Shown here in pieces: positions 1 to 11,039 of a stretch of DNA of 64,000 nucleotides. The position numbers and the translations under genes are program-made. The DNA is from Torpedo marmorata. Taxonomy: Eukaryota. The notes under the pieces were generated by a model. That model had not been told where the DNA came from. It saw nothing but the letters and a program-made list of their open reading frames with translations, and searched no databases. The DNA lies in the NCBI GenBank assembly GCA_977017645.1, contig OZ360257.1, forward strand, positions 14,260,001 through 14,324,000. The letters are read 5' to 3'. Every line of letters starts with the position of its first letter. Position 1 is the first letter of the stretch.

Positions 1-662
1 TAATACACCCTCAAGGTTGTTGCCCTAGTTGACGCGCTGGTCAAGAAGGTGTATGGTGGGTTGGACTTCATTCGTCGGATAAAAGCCGAGAGGAAATGTT
101 GTAGACCCATAAACCTCTGGTGAGACCACACTTGGAATATTGCGTTCAGTTCCTGTCGCTTTGTTACTACAAGTATGTAGATGCATTAGAGAGAGTGCAG
201 ATATTTATCAGTATATTTTATTGACTGGATTGGAGACCATGTCATATGGAGCAAGGTTGACAGAGATAGAGCTTTTCTCTGTGGATGACAGGTGAATTAA
301 TAGAGGTATATAAGGTTATGAGGGGGCTTAGAAAGTTTGGACATTCAGCAACTGTTTCCTGGGGCGACAATAGTTAATACCGGAGGACAGCTTATTAACG
401 TGAGTAAAGGAAACTTTAAGGCAAATGTGGAAGGTACGTTTTTAAACAGATAGTGGTTGGTCCCTCGAAATCATTGCCTGTGGTGGCGGAGATTGCTACA
501 ATAGGGACATTCTAATGTCTCCAAGATAGGAACAGGGTGGAAGAAATATATAGCGTTATAGGTGTGCGCTTGGGAAATAATATTGTTGTGGAATGGTTTT
601 ACGTAAATTGGTACAAAGTCGTGTACTGAAGGTTCTGCAGTGTGTTGTATATTTTACGTTCT
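1..662 (+). mobile_element. CR1-type LINE 3' fragment (degenerate RT C-terminus and 3' tail)
   Basis: Contains 'ctggtgagaccacacttggaatattgcgttcagttc' (LVRPHLEYCVQF motif of CR1 ORF2) and a tgttct-type tail near 640-662. Confidence 0.85.
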
Positions 663-782
663 GTGCACCTTCCAGAGACCCAATTTTCATTTGAAGGTCC
701 CTTTGTGGTCATGCACGTACAGTGATTTTTGTTTACTTTGTTCGAGGTTATTCATTTTGTTATGTTAGAAAATAAACTGGTG

Positions 783-1915
783 TCATTCCTTGCAGTTGTT
801 TGCCTTGGTCAGAAGAGTCACTGGACATTTTACCAGATTCTTCAGACCCTCTCTGAATTTTCTCTGGGACAGTGCAACAAGGAAGTGTTTTAAATTTTAA
901 ATGTAGCATAATGAACGGGAACAGGCACTTCCGGCCCACGAGCCCGTCCCACCAAAATACCACAATTAACTTTCAACCTCCTTACGTTTTTTTTATTTGA
1001 GAGGAAACCGGAGGGCACGGAGGAAACACACGTAGACATGGGGAGAATGTACAAACTCCTTACAGTAGCGACTGAAATGAACCCGGGTCGCTGGCGCTGA
1101 AATAGCGTTGCTCTAACCGCTATTGTTAACAATGGGATTGGGCAAAAACTCGAAAACATCAGCATATAACCCGACAATCCCGCAATGGTGAAGGTATCAT
1201 TGCAGCTTCCTTCCAAAAACTGCGTATCAGTAAATTGCACGCATATGAAAGCCATCCTGAAGAGAATAAACGTGCTGGAAATGACCAGCAGCAACATTAT
1301 GGGTTTCCTGCGGTTCCCCATCTCTGCGACACTGCGGTTCCCATTGGTGTTCTTTCTTCGGAGTTTGCTCCTCGCTCGGATAGACAGTATAATGCGGCTG
1401 ATGGTCAGGGAATGTGGCGCCCAGATAAAGACATAAAGAGCAAATGAGTTAAAGACTTTTTACTGCCAGAGAATAACTGCTCAAATTCATAAGGTGTAAA
1501 AGCATGATATTATATTGCAGGATAATTCAACGTTATCAATGACTTCCGAGGTTAGTGAATAAAATGGTGTTTTCTCCAAATGGTGAGGAAAATTCGCTAC
1601 AGATGTATTTTTTTCAGTGCAATATTTGGTCGTAGCGCTTTGTGACAAATAGCAAAAAATCGATCGAACATGAAAGCCACAGTTAGTCACATCGAACCGT
1701 CAATGGAAATAAATAACATGGTCAGAATAGCTCTACAGAGAGAAGTCTGATTGAAGTCTGAATGTGGATAATACCGATTGTTAATCTCATATAAAATCAA
1801 TTCATATACAGTTTCACAACTGCTCAGTCAGCTTCTGCCATTCCCAGCAACCACTGAGTGATGCATTTTGAGAGGCCGTAAATTACATGGAACAGAATGA
1901 CGATTGGCAGCAAAA
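783..1915 (-). pseudogene. Degenerate GPR139-like GPCR paralogue B (exon-2 equivalent), interrupted by a SINE in TM7
   Basis: Minus-strand pieces: IVILF..GLSKCITQWLLGMAEAD; VAFMFDRFFAIC..KYCTEK; SLTISRIIL..EMGNRRKPIMLLLVISSTFIL; SGYMLMFSSFCP [SINE] LVALSQRKFREGLKNLVKCP. These are colinear with the intact receptor but contain stops and frameshifts. Confidence 0.85.
890..1125 (-). mobile_element. tRNA-derived V-SINE/HE1-like SINE inserted in pseudogene B
   Basis: Minus strand has a tRNA-like head (cagcgccagcgacccgggttcatt) and the V-domain 'tctacgtgtgtttcctccgtgccctccggtttcctc'. Also present at ~12552-12780 and ~25415-25645. Confidence 0.75.
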
Positions 1916-1924
1916 TAGTTTCAA

Positions 1925-3310
1925 AACATATAACATAGAACATGGAACATGACAGCACAGTACTGGCTATTCGGCCTTCAATGTTGTGCCGATTTGTATA
2001 TTCCTACCAAGAAAATACTGAAACCTTCCAAACTTTTAATCCTCTAATTTTCGTTCATCCATGTGCCTGTCTACGAGTCTCTTAAATACCCAAAATGATT
2101 CAGCCCCCACCACCAACCTGGCAAAGCATTTCCGGCTCCTCCATCTCTGTGTGAATAATGTACCCCTGATATCTCCCCTCAACCCTCCTCCCTTCACTTT
2201 GTGCATACATCCCCTGGTGTTTGCTATTCCCTCCCTGCGAAAAGGCGCTTGCTGTCTTCCCTATCTACTGTCTATATTCTTGTAGACTTTGATTAAGTCA
2301 CCTCTCATCCTTCTTCACTGTAAACAAAAAAGTCCCTGCTCTACTAACCTTGCCTTGGAAGACATTTTCCAATCCAGGCAATACACTGGTAAATCTCCTC
2401 CGCACCCTCTCCACAGTTTCCACATCCTTCCTATAACGATGGGGCCATAACTGAATAAAATACTATAAGTATGGTCTAACCAGAGGTGTGTAGAGTTGCA
2501 ACATGACCTCTATACTATTGAACTCAATCTCCCTATTATTGAAACCCAGCATCCCTAGGCCTTCTTAACTATCCTATCAACCTGCGCGGAAACATTGAGA
2601 GATCTATGGATTTGAACTTCAAGTTCCCTCTGTTCCTCCACACTCTTAAGTATCCGACCATTAATGCTGTATTCATCAAGGTTTGACCTTCCAAAATGCT
2701 TCACAAACTTATCCGGATTGAACTAGATCTGCCACTTTTGCGCCCATCTCTGCATTGAAATCTACGACAAACTTCAACACTAACTGCAGCTCCTCCAACC
2801 ATTATATCATCTGCAAACCTACTGACACACCCTTCCGCTCTTCATCTCGGTCATTTATAAAATGCACAAAGAGCAGGGGTTCTAGAATATATCCCTGCGG
2901 AACTCCACTAGTCACTGATGTTCAGACAGAATACTTTCTGTTCCGTCCTCTGCTTTCTACAGGCAAGCCAATTTTTTATCCACACAGCTGAGATTCCGTG
3001 GATAGAATGCCTGATGTCTTTCTGACCGAGTCTTTCATGGGGAACCATGTCAAACGCCTCACTGAAATCCATATGTACCTTGTCTAAAGGCACACCTTCC
3101 TCAATATATTTTGTTATCTCCTCAGCAAATGCAATGAGGCTCATGAGGCACGACCAGCCCCTCACAAAGCCATGCTTATGTCTCTCATACGACTGTACTT
3201 CTCCAAATGCTCATAAATCGTGTCCTTAACAATCCTCTCCGATAGTTTTCACACCACTGACGTAAGCCTCACCTGTCCGTAATTCTCAGGATACTCTCTA
3301 TTACCCTTTT
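1925..3310 (-). mobile_element. CR1-type LINE RT fragment with (tgttcta)-like 3' tail
   Basis: The ORF track gives MDFSEAFDMVPHERL (CR1 RT 'DFSKAFDKVPH' motif). The tail 'catataacatagaacatggaacat' is at ~1928-1950. Confidence 0.9.
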
Positions 3311-3624
3311 TAGAGATTTACATTAATAATGTTCTCTGATCTGAAGGCAGAACAGCAGACACTTCGTGATTTGCTGAAATTATATTATTATTGAACCACG
3401 TTTCTCTGCTAGTTTTAAGAGTGTGGCTTAAGCGCGATGAGACTGCATGTTTGCTCTACTTAGACTTGTGCGTATTTACTTTAGTAACGTTGATGTCGTA
3501 TGGAAGCCGAGATCAGATTCATCTCTTCTGAAAAGAGGGTCAAACGTGACCTTGCTGAGCTGAACTTCAAGCATGGCCCTGAGGCAAAGTATCGCCCCGA
3601 AAACTCCACTAACGCTGCCACCCG

Positions 3625-3626
<2 letters not shown>

Positions 3627-3667
<41 letters not shown>

Positions 3668-3703
3668 CACAAACACACACATACAGAAACACACACACAC
3701 ACA
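3627..3703. repeat. (CA)n microsatellite
   Basis: Directly visible. Equivalents lie at the N-gap 15291-15527, ~40468-40601 and ~53300-53440. Confidence 0.95.
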
Positions 3704-3704
3704 C

Positions 3705-4087
3705 GCTGTTCAATCCGCTGAGTGCCCCCAATTGTTTCACGTTTTGGCACTGTGTAAGAAAGGTTTCCACACGCAAAGGAAAACCTCCATTCAGGCGGGG
3801 GTGGGGGGCGTTTAAAAGTGCTTCGGAGTAAGTACATGGGGAGGGTTACAGGCACGATCTTCACACAGTGAGTAGTGGGTGCATGGGATTCACTGCTAGC
3901 AACTGTTTTAGAGGCAGGTACATTTGGACATTTTAAGAGACGAGTATATTGGTACATGTAACAGAATAAAAATGAGCGTTATACAGGACGGCAATTCTCG
4001 GAATTCTTGGAAGCGGAGATTATCAGGTTGGCATAACACTGTGGCCCAAATGGCCTATACTACGTTGAAGATTTCTATATTCTATAT
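3705..4087 (+). mobile_element. CR1 LINE 3' end fragment
   Basis: Contains 'ttcacacagtgagtagtgggtgcatgggattcactgc' (FTQRVVGAWNSLP-like) and ends in 'ttctatattctat'. Repeated in each unit. Confidence 0.7.
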
Positions 4088-4184
4088 TCAATTATCCATC
4101 ATGAACTATTACCTTCTGTTACGAGGCAAACATTGAATCCAAATTTCCAAATTGCCTTTGATCCCTTCATCTGTGGACCAGTGC

Positions 4185-4408
4185 ATTATTTCGACATACA
4201 GCACCGTAACAGGCCTTTCTGGCCCTCTGTCTGTGCCGCTCAAATAACCCAATAAACTACGTTATAAGGGTGGGAGGAAACAGGATCACCCGGAGGAAAC
4301 CCACGCAGACATATGGAGAACGGACAAACTCCTCACAGACAGGGCCGGGTTCGAACCCGGGACACTGGCCCTGTAAATGTGTTGCACTAACTGCTACGCT
4401 AACCGTGC
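4185..4408 (-). mobile_element. V-SINE/HE1-like SINE
   Basis: Minus strand reads gcacggttagcgtagc...cccgggttcgaacccgg (tRNA A/B-box-like) followed by 'tgtctgcgtgggtttcctccgggtgatcctgtttcctcccacc'. Copies at ~16000-16223, 28425-28650, 41085-41310 and 53920-54145. Confidence 0.85.
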
Positions 4409-5578
4409 AAGCCCATTATCTGGATAACTGACAGGGTCGTAACGAAAATTGTGTCAACTTCATCAACTGCAGTACTCTCATCGATACATTGAGCTGTTCC
4501 TCGAAACAAACACAAAATTAGTTGTATATAATCGACCAACAAAAAAGCTATGCTAACCCCCCTTAATCAATCCCCTTCTCTCCAACTGCGGATTCATCCT
4601 GGACCTCGGAATTATTTTCAATTTCCTTTCCAAATTCTGTTCCTGTCGTTGTCTTTGATTTAAGGTATTTTCTTCATGATCTTGCTGCACATTATACTTG
4701 GTGGATGTTACAAATCAGACGACGAAACATGCGCAATTCCTCCAAATAAATATGGATAATTTTCGTTCCTAGGATGGTATTGCAGCCTGCTTTTGATCGA
4801 GATTTACAACTGCCTGGAGCACCGGGAGGCTCCATGTAGCTGCTGCTTGTACTTGGAACACACAGGCTGCTCTGATCCTGCTGTCTCAAGTCCTTTAGCT
4901 GGAGGTAATTCGAGGAAACAAAAGCCACCAGACTGTTTCTTAAATTTAACGTGAGCGGCGGAAAATCTCTTTGAAATAAAGCAATGTAGCGCACATACCT
5001 TCCTTATATTGGATCGGCATGCGGTGACCTTTTCTGAGTGGTTGACTTCCATTAAAAGTTATTTCGCCACGTGCAAAGCTAAACCATTAGCTATTTTCCA
5101 TTAATTCCCTCAACTTTATGTCACCACATTTTGATGCAGTATATTAAAAATCGAAATGCAACACGAACACTTGGGAGTTGTTTCTATAAATTTGGGAAAT
5201 TACGTCAGCAAAAGCAACGCGTTTATTCAATGGACAAGAGCATTGCGCCGGTTGGAGAAGCTGTGCATTAAAATGTATTATATATATTATGTAAATAAAT
5301 ATCATATGTCTATATGTGTGTTATGTCTGGTTGTGGGTCTGCATGTTTTGCACCTAGGACCAGAGAACGCTGTTTCTTCGGGTTGTACTTGTACAATCAG
5401 ATGACAATATACTTGACTTGAAAATTCGAGTAAGAAAAAAAGTTTTAGCAGATGTTACATGGCTTACGATGTACACCAACTATTCAAAGAAAAGGATTGT
5501 TATTTTTTTCGTTCTCTAAAATTACTGGTCGCTCCATGATTGGAGAGATGAAATGCAGTTGCGCCATTTAGTTTAATG

Positions 5579-5952
5579 CAGTGGTTTTCAAACTTTTTCT
5601 TCACACTCACACACCACATTAAGTAATCCCTATGCCATAGTTGCTCTGTGATTAGTGAGGGATTATATAAAGTGGTATGTGAGTGGAAATAATAAGTTTG
5701 AAAACCACTGTTTTAATCGTACCTCGTTGACTCGTTGTGTGCACGGTTTAATAACTCCAAAGGAAATGGGCCAATGATAATTTTTATTAAGCAAAATATT
5801 TCAGTAACAATTAGGTCTCGAGCAGTGGTTATCAACCTTTTTTCCCCACTCACATAACAACTTAAGTAACCCTTACTAATCACAGAGAACCTATGGCATA
5901 GGGATTACTTAAGGTGGTATATAAGTGTAAAGAAAATGTTTGAAAAACACTG
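5579..5952. mobile_element. Non-autonomous hAT-like MITE made of two palindromic halves
   Basis: TIR CAGTGGTTTTCAAAC...GTTTGAAAACCACTG brackets 5579-5710, and a slightly degenerate version brackets 5823-5952. Flanks gtttaatg/gcttcatg resemble an 8-bp TSD. Confidence 0.8.
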
Positions 5953-6384
5953 GCTTCATGGAATTCACAGCAATGCCTGACTTATAAATTAAGTAATCCT
6001 GACACATGATGACACAAGAACACAAAATGATTGTCATTAGTCGCAGATTTTCATTGGAGTAAATAGATTAAATCAAGTCATAACTGCGGATGTCGATCAG
6101 GAACACGAATCATCCCAAACAAAATATATCCACATAGCGTTATTATAGTGACGTTGTGTATTTATAGATTCATGAAAGAACCAACAAACCCTAGAACTTG
6201 TGATGATTTGCCTGTTCCTTGGTATTGTTTAAATTCACACTGTTGGATTCTTGAAAAATACTATATCATTTTGCCTTTGGTTTGGAAATATAATTGTTCT
6301 GAAATCCACACAAAAATCTGATCAAATAATTCGGATGAAAAATAGCAAATTGAAATTGATTTTCCGAATTCTCCAACAAATTGT

Positions 6385-6740
6385 TCATGTTAAGATTGAA
6401 TAACGTATGATTATGGAGCCTAGTGGAAGCAGCACAAGTTTCAAGAATGAACCTGTTCCGTTTTTGCTGATTCCGGAACAGTTATGCTGGCATGGAGAGT
6501 TCTGCTCGTCCTCCCACTGTTCATAGTGATGGTTAAGGAAATTAGAACCCATTGATGGGAATTCTGCTGTTGAGCAGACGTCCGGGGTAATAAAATAGAT
6601 CATACCGAATACGAGAGAGACAACGTCATAAAGGTAATTGAGTCAAGAGCAGCACGCAACAGAAACAGTGGCTTCCTTACTGATGTGTTTGTAGAATTAT
6701 ATCTGACTTCATCGCATCCCCGAGAAGAACAAATCAGATA
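6385..6740 (-). pseudogene. Possible SV2/SVOP-like MFS transporter relic (truncated copy)
   Basis: RKPLFLL..FMTLSLSYS..ITPDV..LVLLPLGSII. The 3' part is missing in units 1-2. See the longer copy at 32115-32690. Confidence 0.25.
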
Positions 6741-6859
6741 TTAAACGTGATGAAGGGTTCTGACCCGAAACGTCGATGTTTCTTTTCTCCACGAATGATG
6801 CTCGACTTACTGAGTTCCTCCAGCATATTTCTTTGCTTCAAATGCCTGTTTAAAAAGAC

Positions 6860-7310
6860 AATATCTTCGATCCCCCTCAAAAGTAACTTTAAACTCGTGT
6901 CCACTTACTTTTGTTAACCCTGGCATTAGAAATAGGTTTTGAACATCTTCCCTATCGGAGACTCTAATCATCTTACTTATATTTCCCAGCTCGTTCCTAA
7001 ACCTGCTGTGCTCCAGGGAAAATAGGCCCCTTCCTACTAAGCACCTTCCACAGCTCGTCCTCCTTTCCAGGCAACATCCTGGTGAATTTCCTCTGCAACA
7101 ACTCCGGTCCAATCACATAAATAGTGTGGCGACCAGAACTGCAAACAATACTTCAAGTACAGTCTGAACAGTGTTTGTGAAATTCGAGATCCTGTATATT
7201 ATCCTCGAACTAGGAAGGCACCATCACTCTAAAAACCGTGTTGCTGAATTCAGGCAACTATGAATTCAGACCCCCATGTCTCTCTGTTCATCACGTTTCC
7301 TTCCTGATGG
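6860..7310 (-). mobile_element. Degenerate CR1 LINE fragment
   Basis: Minus-strand 'cagactgtacttgaagtattgtttgcagttctggtcgccacac' (RPHLEYCVQFWSPH-like). Repeated in each unit. Confidence 0.7.
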
Positions 7311-7677
7311 AACATTTAGTGCATGTGCCGTGCACTATTTGCAGTTGTCAGTATTAAATTCCACCTGGCAACGCCCTGCCCACGTTTTCACCTGATCTAT
7401 ATCCTGCCGAAATAGAAGATTCAAGTTTATTTTATTTTTATGCTATAATACAGAACATTAAATATGACACGACCTGTGTTTGGGATACTGCCGTTTTAAA
7501 AATTGAATAAGAAAAGAATTTGCAAATGCTTGACCCGATGACGTTCGATTCTGCTCTCCAGCGGAATTTCCTTAAAAGATCTGGCACAGACGACCAGGCC
7601 TGCTGAGATATCTATGCGTTTTCTGTATTTGTCCCAAGATAGTGAAATTATGTCTCCTTTGTTCCGTACCAACTGAA

Positions 7678-7925
7678 CTCTCTCTCTATCTCTCCCTCTC
7701 CCCCTCTCTCTGTCTCTGTCTGTCTGACTCTCTCTCGATCTCTTGCACACTCTCTCTCTCTCTGTGTCTCTCTCTCTCTCGCTGAATCACTCTCCCACTC
7801 TCTCTGTCTCTCTCTCTCTCGCTCCCTCTCTCTCTCCATTTCGCTCTCTCTCTCTCTCTCCATTTCGCTCTCTCTCTCTCTCTCCACTTCGTTATCTCTC
7901 TCGTACTCTCACTTTCTCTCCTTCT
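7678..7925. repeat. Compound (CT)n/(GA)n microsatellite downstream of the receptor gene
   Basis: Directly visible. Equivalents at ~19130-19210, 33628-33835, 46463-46670 and 59122-59330. Confidence 0.95.
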
Positions 7926-9399
7926 CTGTAACTCTGCACTTTTTAGTTGTGTCTCACTCCTTCTTCTATGTATGAGATGCCAACTGGTATGTTGTAAAAA
8001 AAACAAATCAAAAAAACACTCTCATGAGGTCATCGTACATGCGATAACCAACCTGAACTCAAATTTGAAATATTGATTAACCTGGGGAAAATGTGATTCA
8101 TGCAGTACGTCGTTGAACGTTTCATTTAATTGTTTGGACATTTACAATATCCAGTTATCCAGTAGTCGCCTAATTTGCGGATGGCCTCCATTTAGCAGTA
8201 CAGGAGGACACGTCCCGAATTGCCGGTATGGGAATGGTGTGTGTGGTTGGCTTTGTTTGCGGGGCTTACGTTACAGGGAATTATTAATAAAAAGGACGAG
8301 ATTCGACATTGTAAGCGGACGGAGGAACAGGGCCATGATATCTGATTCATTTTGGCTGCGTCATAGGTTTTAAAAACCGTACAAGGGCAATAAATGGATA
8401 TTTTGCCACATTCTTCACCTCATCCCGGAATCTCCTCTGTGTCATTGCATAAACACAAGTGTTTGTACAGCAGCTCAAATACATCAGCAGAATCGCGATT
8501 CTAATTACCAGAAGCAGTGACTTCGGGGCGTCGATCGAAAAGCTTAATGTGAGATGGAAGTATTGGTCAATTATCGTAACCGGTGTCAACAACGCTATGA
8601 AGGTACCAGAAATGGCGAAGAGCAATATAATGGACGTTCTCCGTTTCGTCATCTCGTGATCAAATACCTGACCGTCCCCACGGCTCTTCAAAGCCTTCCG
8701 AGCTCTGCTGACAAGTAAAATGTGTCGGACGGTGAGAGAATTCAACAGCAACATCAGCGGCAGCGGCACCAGTGGTACCATAAGTTTAGACAACCATCTG
8801 TAAGTCTGCCATGCTGGTGAAGAAATATATCGTGTTATAGTACGGCAGCCCCATTGGACATCATCCGCAATGTAATGGGGTTCATACCGGAAATAAGCTG
8901 GAATGTGCATCAAAAAGCTCAGCACACACACAGTCGTAAGAACTACCGTGGCGTTTCTTTAGGTACAATATTTTGTTTTGAATTGCTGGCAACAAATGGC
9001 AATGAAGCGGTCCACTGTGAACGATACCGTGGCCCAGACAGAAAATTGCACGCTGGATTTCTGTATGAAGTCTGTAAGACGACAAGTGGAGGTATGTGCC
9101 AGGAATGAATGAGGAAAATGATAGCCTAAGACGAATATCACTGTAACGTTAAACACACAGACCATTGTGTCTGCAACTGCCATGGTTACCATGTAACGAG
9201 TCACTCCTTTGGAGAGGCCGGACATTCCCCGGGACAGGACCACAATCGAGAGCAGGTTACCTGTAACAAGATGGAAAACCAGGAAATTACCAGAAAAACA
9301 AGCCAACATCTTTAACGTGATTTTTACAATGGAATCTTTGGGAATAACCTAATCGAAACATTTGTATGTTCCTGTAAATTATGCAGTTGCCAACATTAC

Positions 9400-9990
9400 A
9401 TTGGCACTACGGAATGGAAAGAGTAACAACGCTTTCACTACCTCAGAAGCTGAGGAATTTCGGCATGCCCCCGTTGACCCTGTCCGTTGTGTGCAGATGA
9501 ACAATAGAAAGTGTCCGGTACGGGTGCATCACAGATTGGAGTGGAAACTGCTGAGCTCGGAGTCTCAAGAAACCACGGAGTGTAATGAACGCAATTCAGT
9601 GTTATCAATAATCCAATCCCCCGTCCATCGACTTCGTCCATATCTCCCGCCGTCTCCCGGATAAATAATCACTATACATGTTAAAGAATCTGTTCCACCC
9701 CTCCCGCAGTCTCTCCTTCTCCCTGCCGCCGGGCAGAAGAAGCACGAGTTTGGAAGAAACGCACCCAACCAGATTCAAGGGCACTTACATTCCTGCTGGC
9801 AGGCTCTTGAATAGCCCTCTCACGAGGAAAAGGTAATGACTTGCATAGACTAACAGCGCTCCTGTCTTTAACACGTCATGCTGTACTTTATTGTAACACT
9901 ATCACCTGTTCTATTTTTATTCTTGCGCTGCCTGCCGTATTTTATGTGGCTTGATTTTCCTGGATAGCAGGCAAAATAATGCCTTTTCAC
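9400..9990 (+). mobile_element. Rex1/Babar-like LINE 3' fragment in the receptor intron
   Basis: Degenerate match to the PSIDSV..SR..IIKDPSHP..LPSGRR..RTNRFK.SF.PA..RLLN C-terminus. Present in every receptor intron. Confidence 0.6.
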
Positions 9991-10185
9991 TTTTCCCCGG
10001 ACACGTGACCATATACAGTTCAAATCATGGCGTTCAGTTATGGTTGCCTCCTTATAGGAAATATCTGGATGCTGTGGAGAGTGTGCTAAGGTGTTGCCTG
10101 GATTGCAGAATCTATCATATGATGGAAGTGTCTAACTTCAACAACTTCAGGTCAAACGATTTTTAAAATCCTGGCAGAGCGACGA

Positions 10186-10413
10186 NNNNNNNNNNNNNNN
10201 NNNNNNNNNNNNNNNNNNNNNNNNNNNNNNNNNNNNNNNNNNNNNNNNNNNNNNNNNNNNNNNNNNNNNNNNNNNNNNNNNNNNNNNNNNNNNNNNNNNN
10301 NNNNNNNNNNNNNNNNNNNNNNNNNNNNNNNNNNNNNNNNNNNNNNNNNNNNNNNNNNNNNNNNNNNNNNNNNNNNNNNNNNNNNNNNNNNNNNNNNNNN
10401 NNNNNNNNNNNNN
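10186..10413. other. Assembly gap (Ns) at the position of the intronic (TG)n/(CA)n microsatellite
   Basis: Run of n. The homologous position in other units holds TG/CA repeats. Confidence 0.95.
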
Positions 10414-10613
10414 TGATACTCATCCGGAATATGGACTACCAGAAAACCCTCGGCGGAAATCGCAGCAAAATCACTTACCAGGAATGCCGACAATTGCAAG
10501 AATGGGATAGAAGATCTCCGTGGCTTCCATTCGTGGCATCTTTTGAGGATAAGAGCGGTTTCTCCACATCACATGTGAATATGTGAAAAAGAAGAGTTTC
10601 ACTGTGAAGCCTA

Positions 10614-10800
10614 ATTTATAGGACAGCTGTTCTCCTGGGACATTAAATTACATAACACCTCCACATACTCGATTTAACAAAGACTATCAGTTCATTCTAA
10701 GTTAATGACCTGAGATCGCTCCGCCCAGAGTAACTAACACGAGTTATCGTAATAAACAAGGTTCAGGTGCGAGCTCGCTGCATCACCTGCCGTGGAACCG
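10614..10800 (-). promoter_or_regulatory. Putative core promoter of the receptor gene: TATAAAT, GC box GGGCGG, E-boxes
   Basis: TATAAAT at 10614-10620, ~75 nt upstream of the ATG, and GGGCGG at 10721-10726. Both are conserved in all five copies. Confidence 0.5.
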
Positions 10801-11039
10801 TGACACTGCAGTGTCGCGTTCATCTATCTCCATTTGCTTCGCTTTAACCTCGTCCCTGGGGTGACTTGTTCGCGATTCTCTCCGTTGTTTGTTCCCAATG
10901 ATCCTGATTATCACATATATTTTCCTTTTCATTATTATACACCTGAAAATAACTTTGTTCCCATGAGTTTTCAAACGTTCATCAGTCGTCTGACCTGAGG
11001 ATTTGTTTTCACTCGTCGACTGCCATGCTGGACTGACTG

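Larger units (their letters stand above)
8347..10539 (-). pseudogene. GPR139/GPR142-like GPCR copy A1, nonsense pseudogene; exons 10479-10539 and 8347-9260
   Basis: Exon 1 is MPRMEATEIFYPILAIVGIP-G|gtaagtga and the acceptor is ttccatcttgttacag|. Exon 2 is 914 nt like the intact copies but has GAA>TAA at 8959-8961 after KYCT, and TM6 LWTP is changed to LLTP. Confidence 0.88.

Noticed and set aside
3476-3957. ORFs rich in CV/HT repeats (also ~22100-22430, 36400-37090, 40310-40670, 53150-53600, 61885-62580)
   Set aside because: They are translations of (CA)n/(TG)n microsatellites, not genes.
4330-4408. tRNA-like sequence (GGTTCGAACCC)
   Set aside because: It is the head of a SINE followed by the V-domain. 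No complete cloverleaf is evident.
7496-8006. ER/SL-rich ORFs
   Set aside because: They are translations of the (GA)n/(CT)n microsatellite.
8459-9108. Plus-strand ORFs overlapping each receptor exon, repeated in all units
   Set aside because: Antisense shadows of the GPCR coding sequence. Their recurrence only reflects the duplication.
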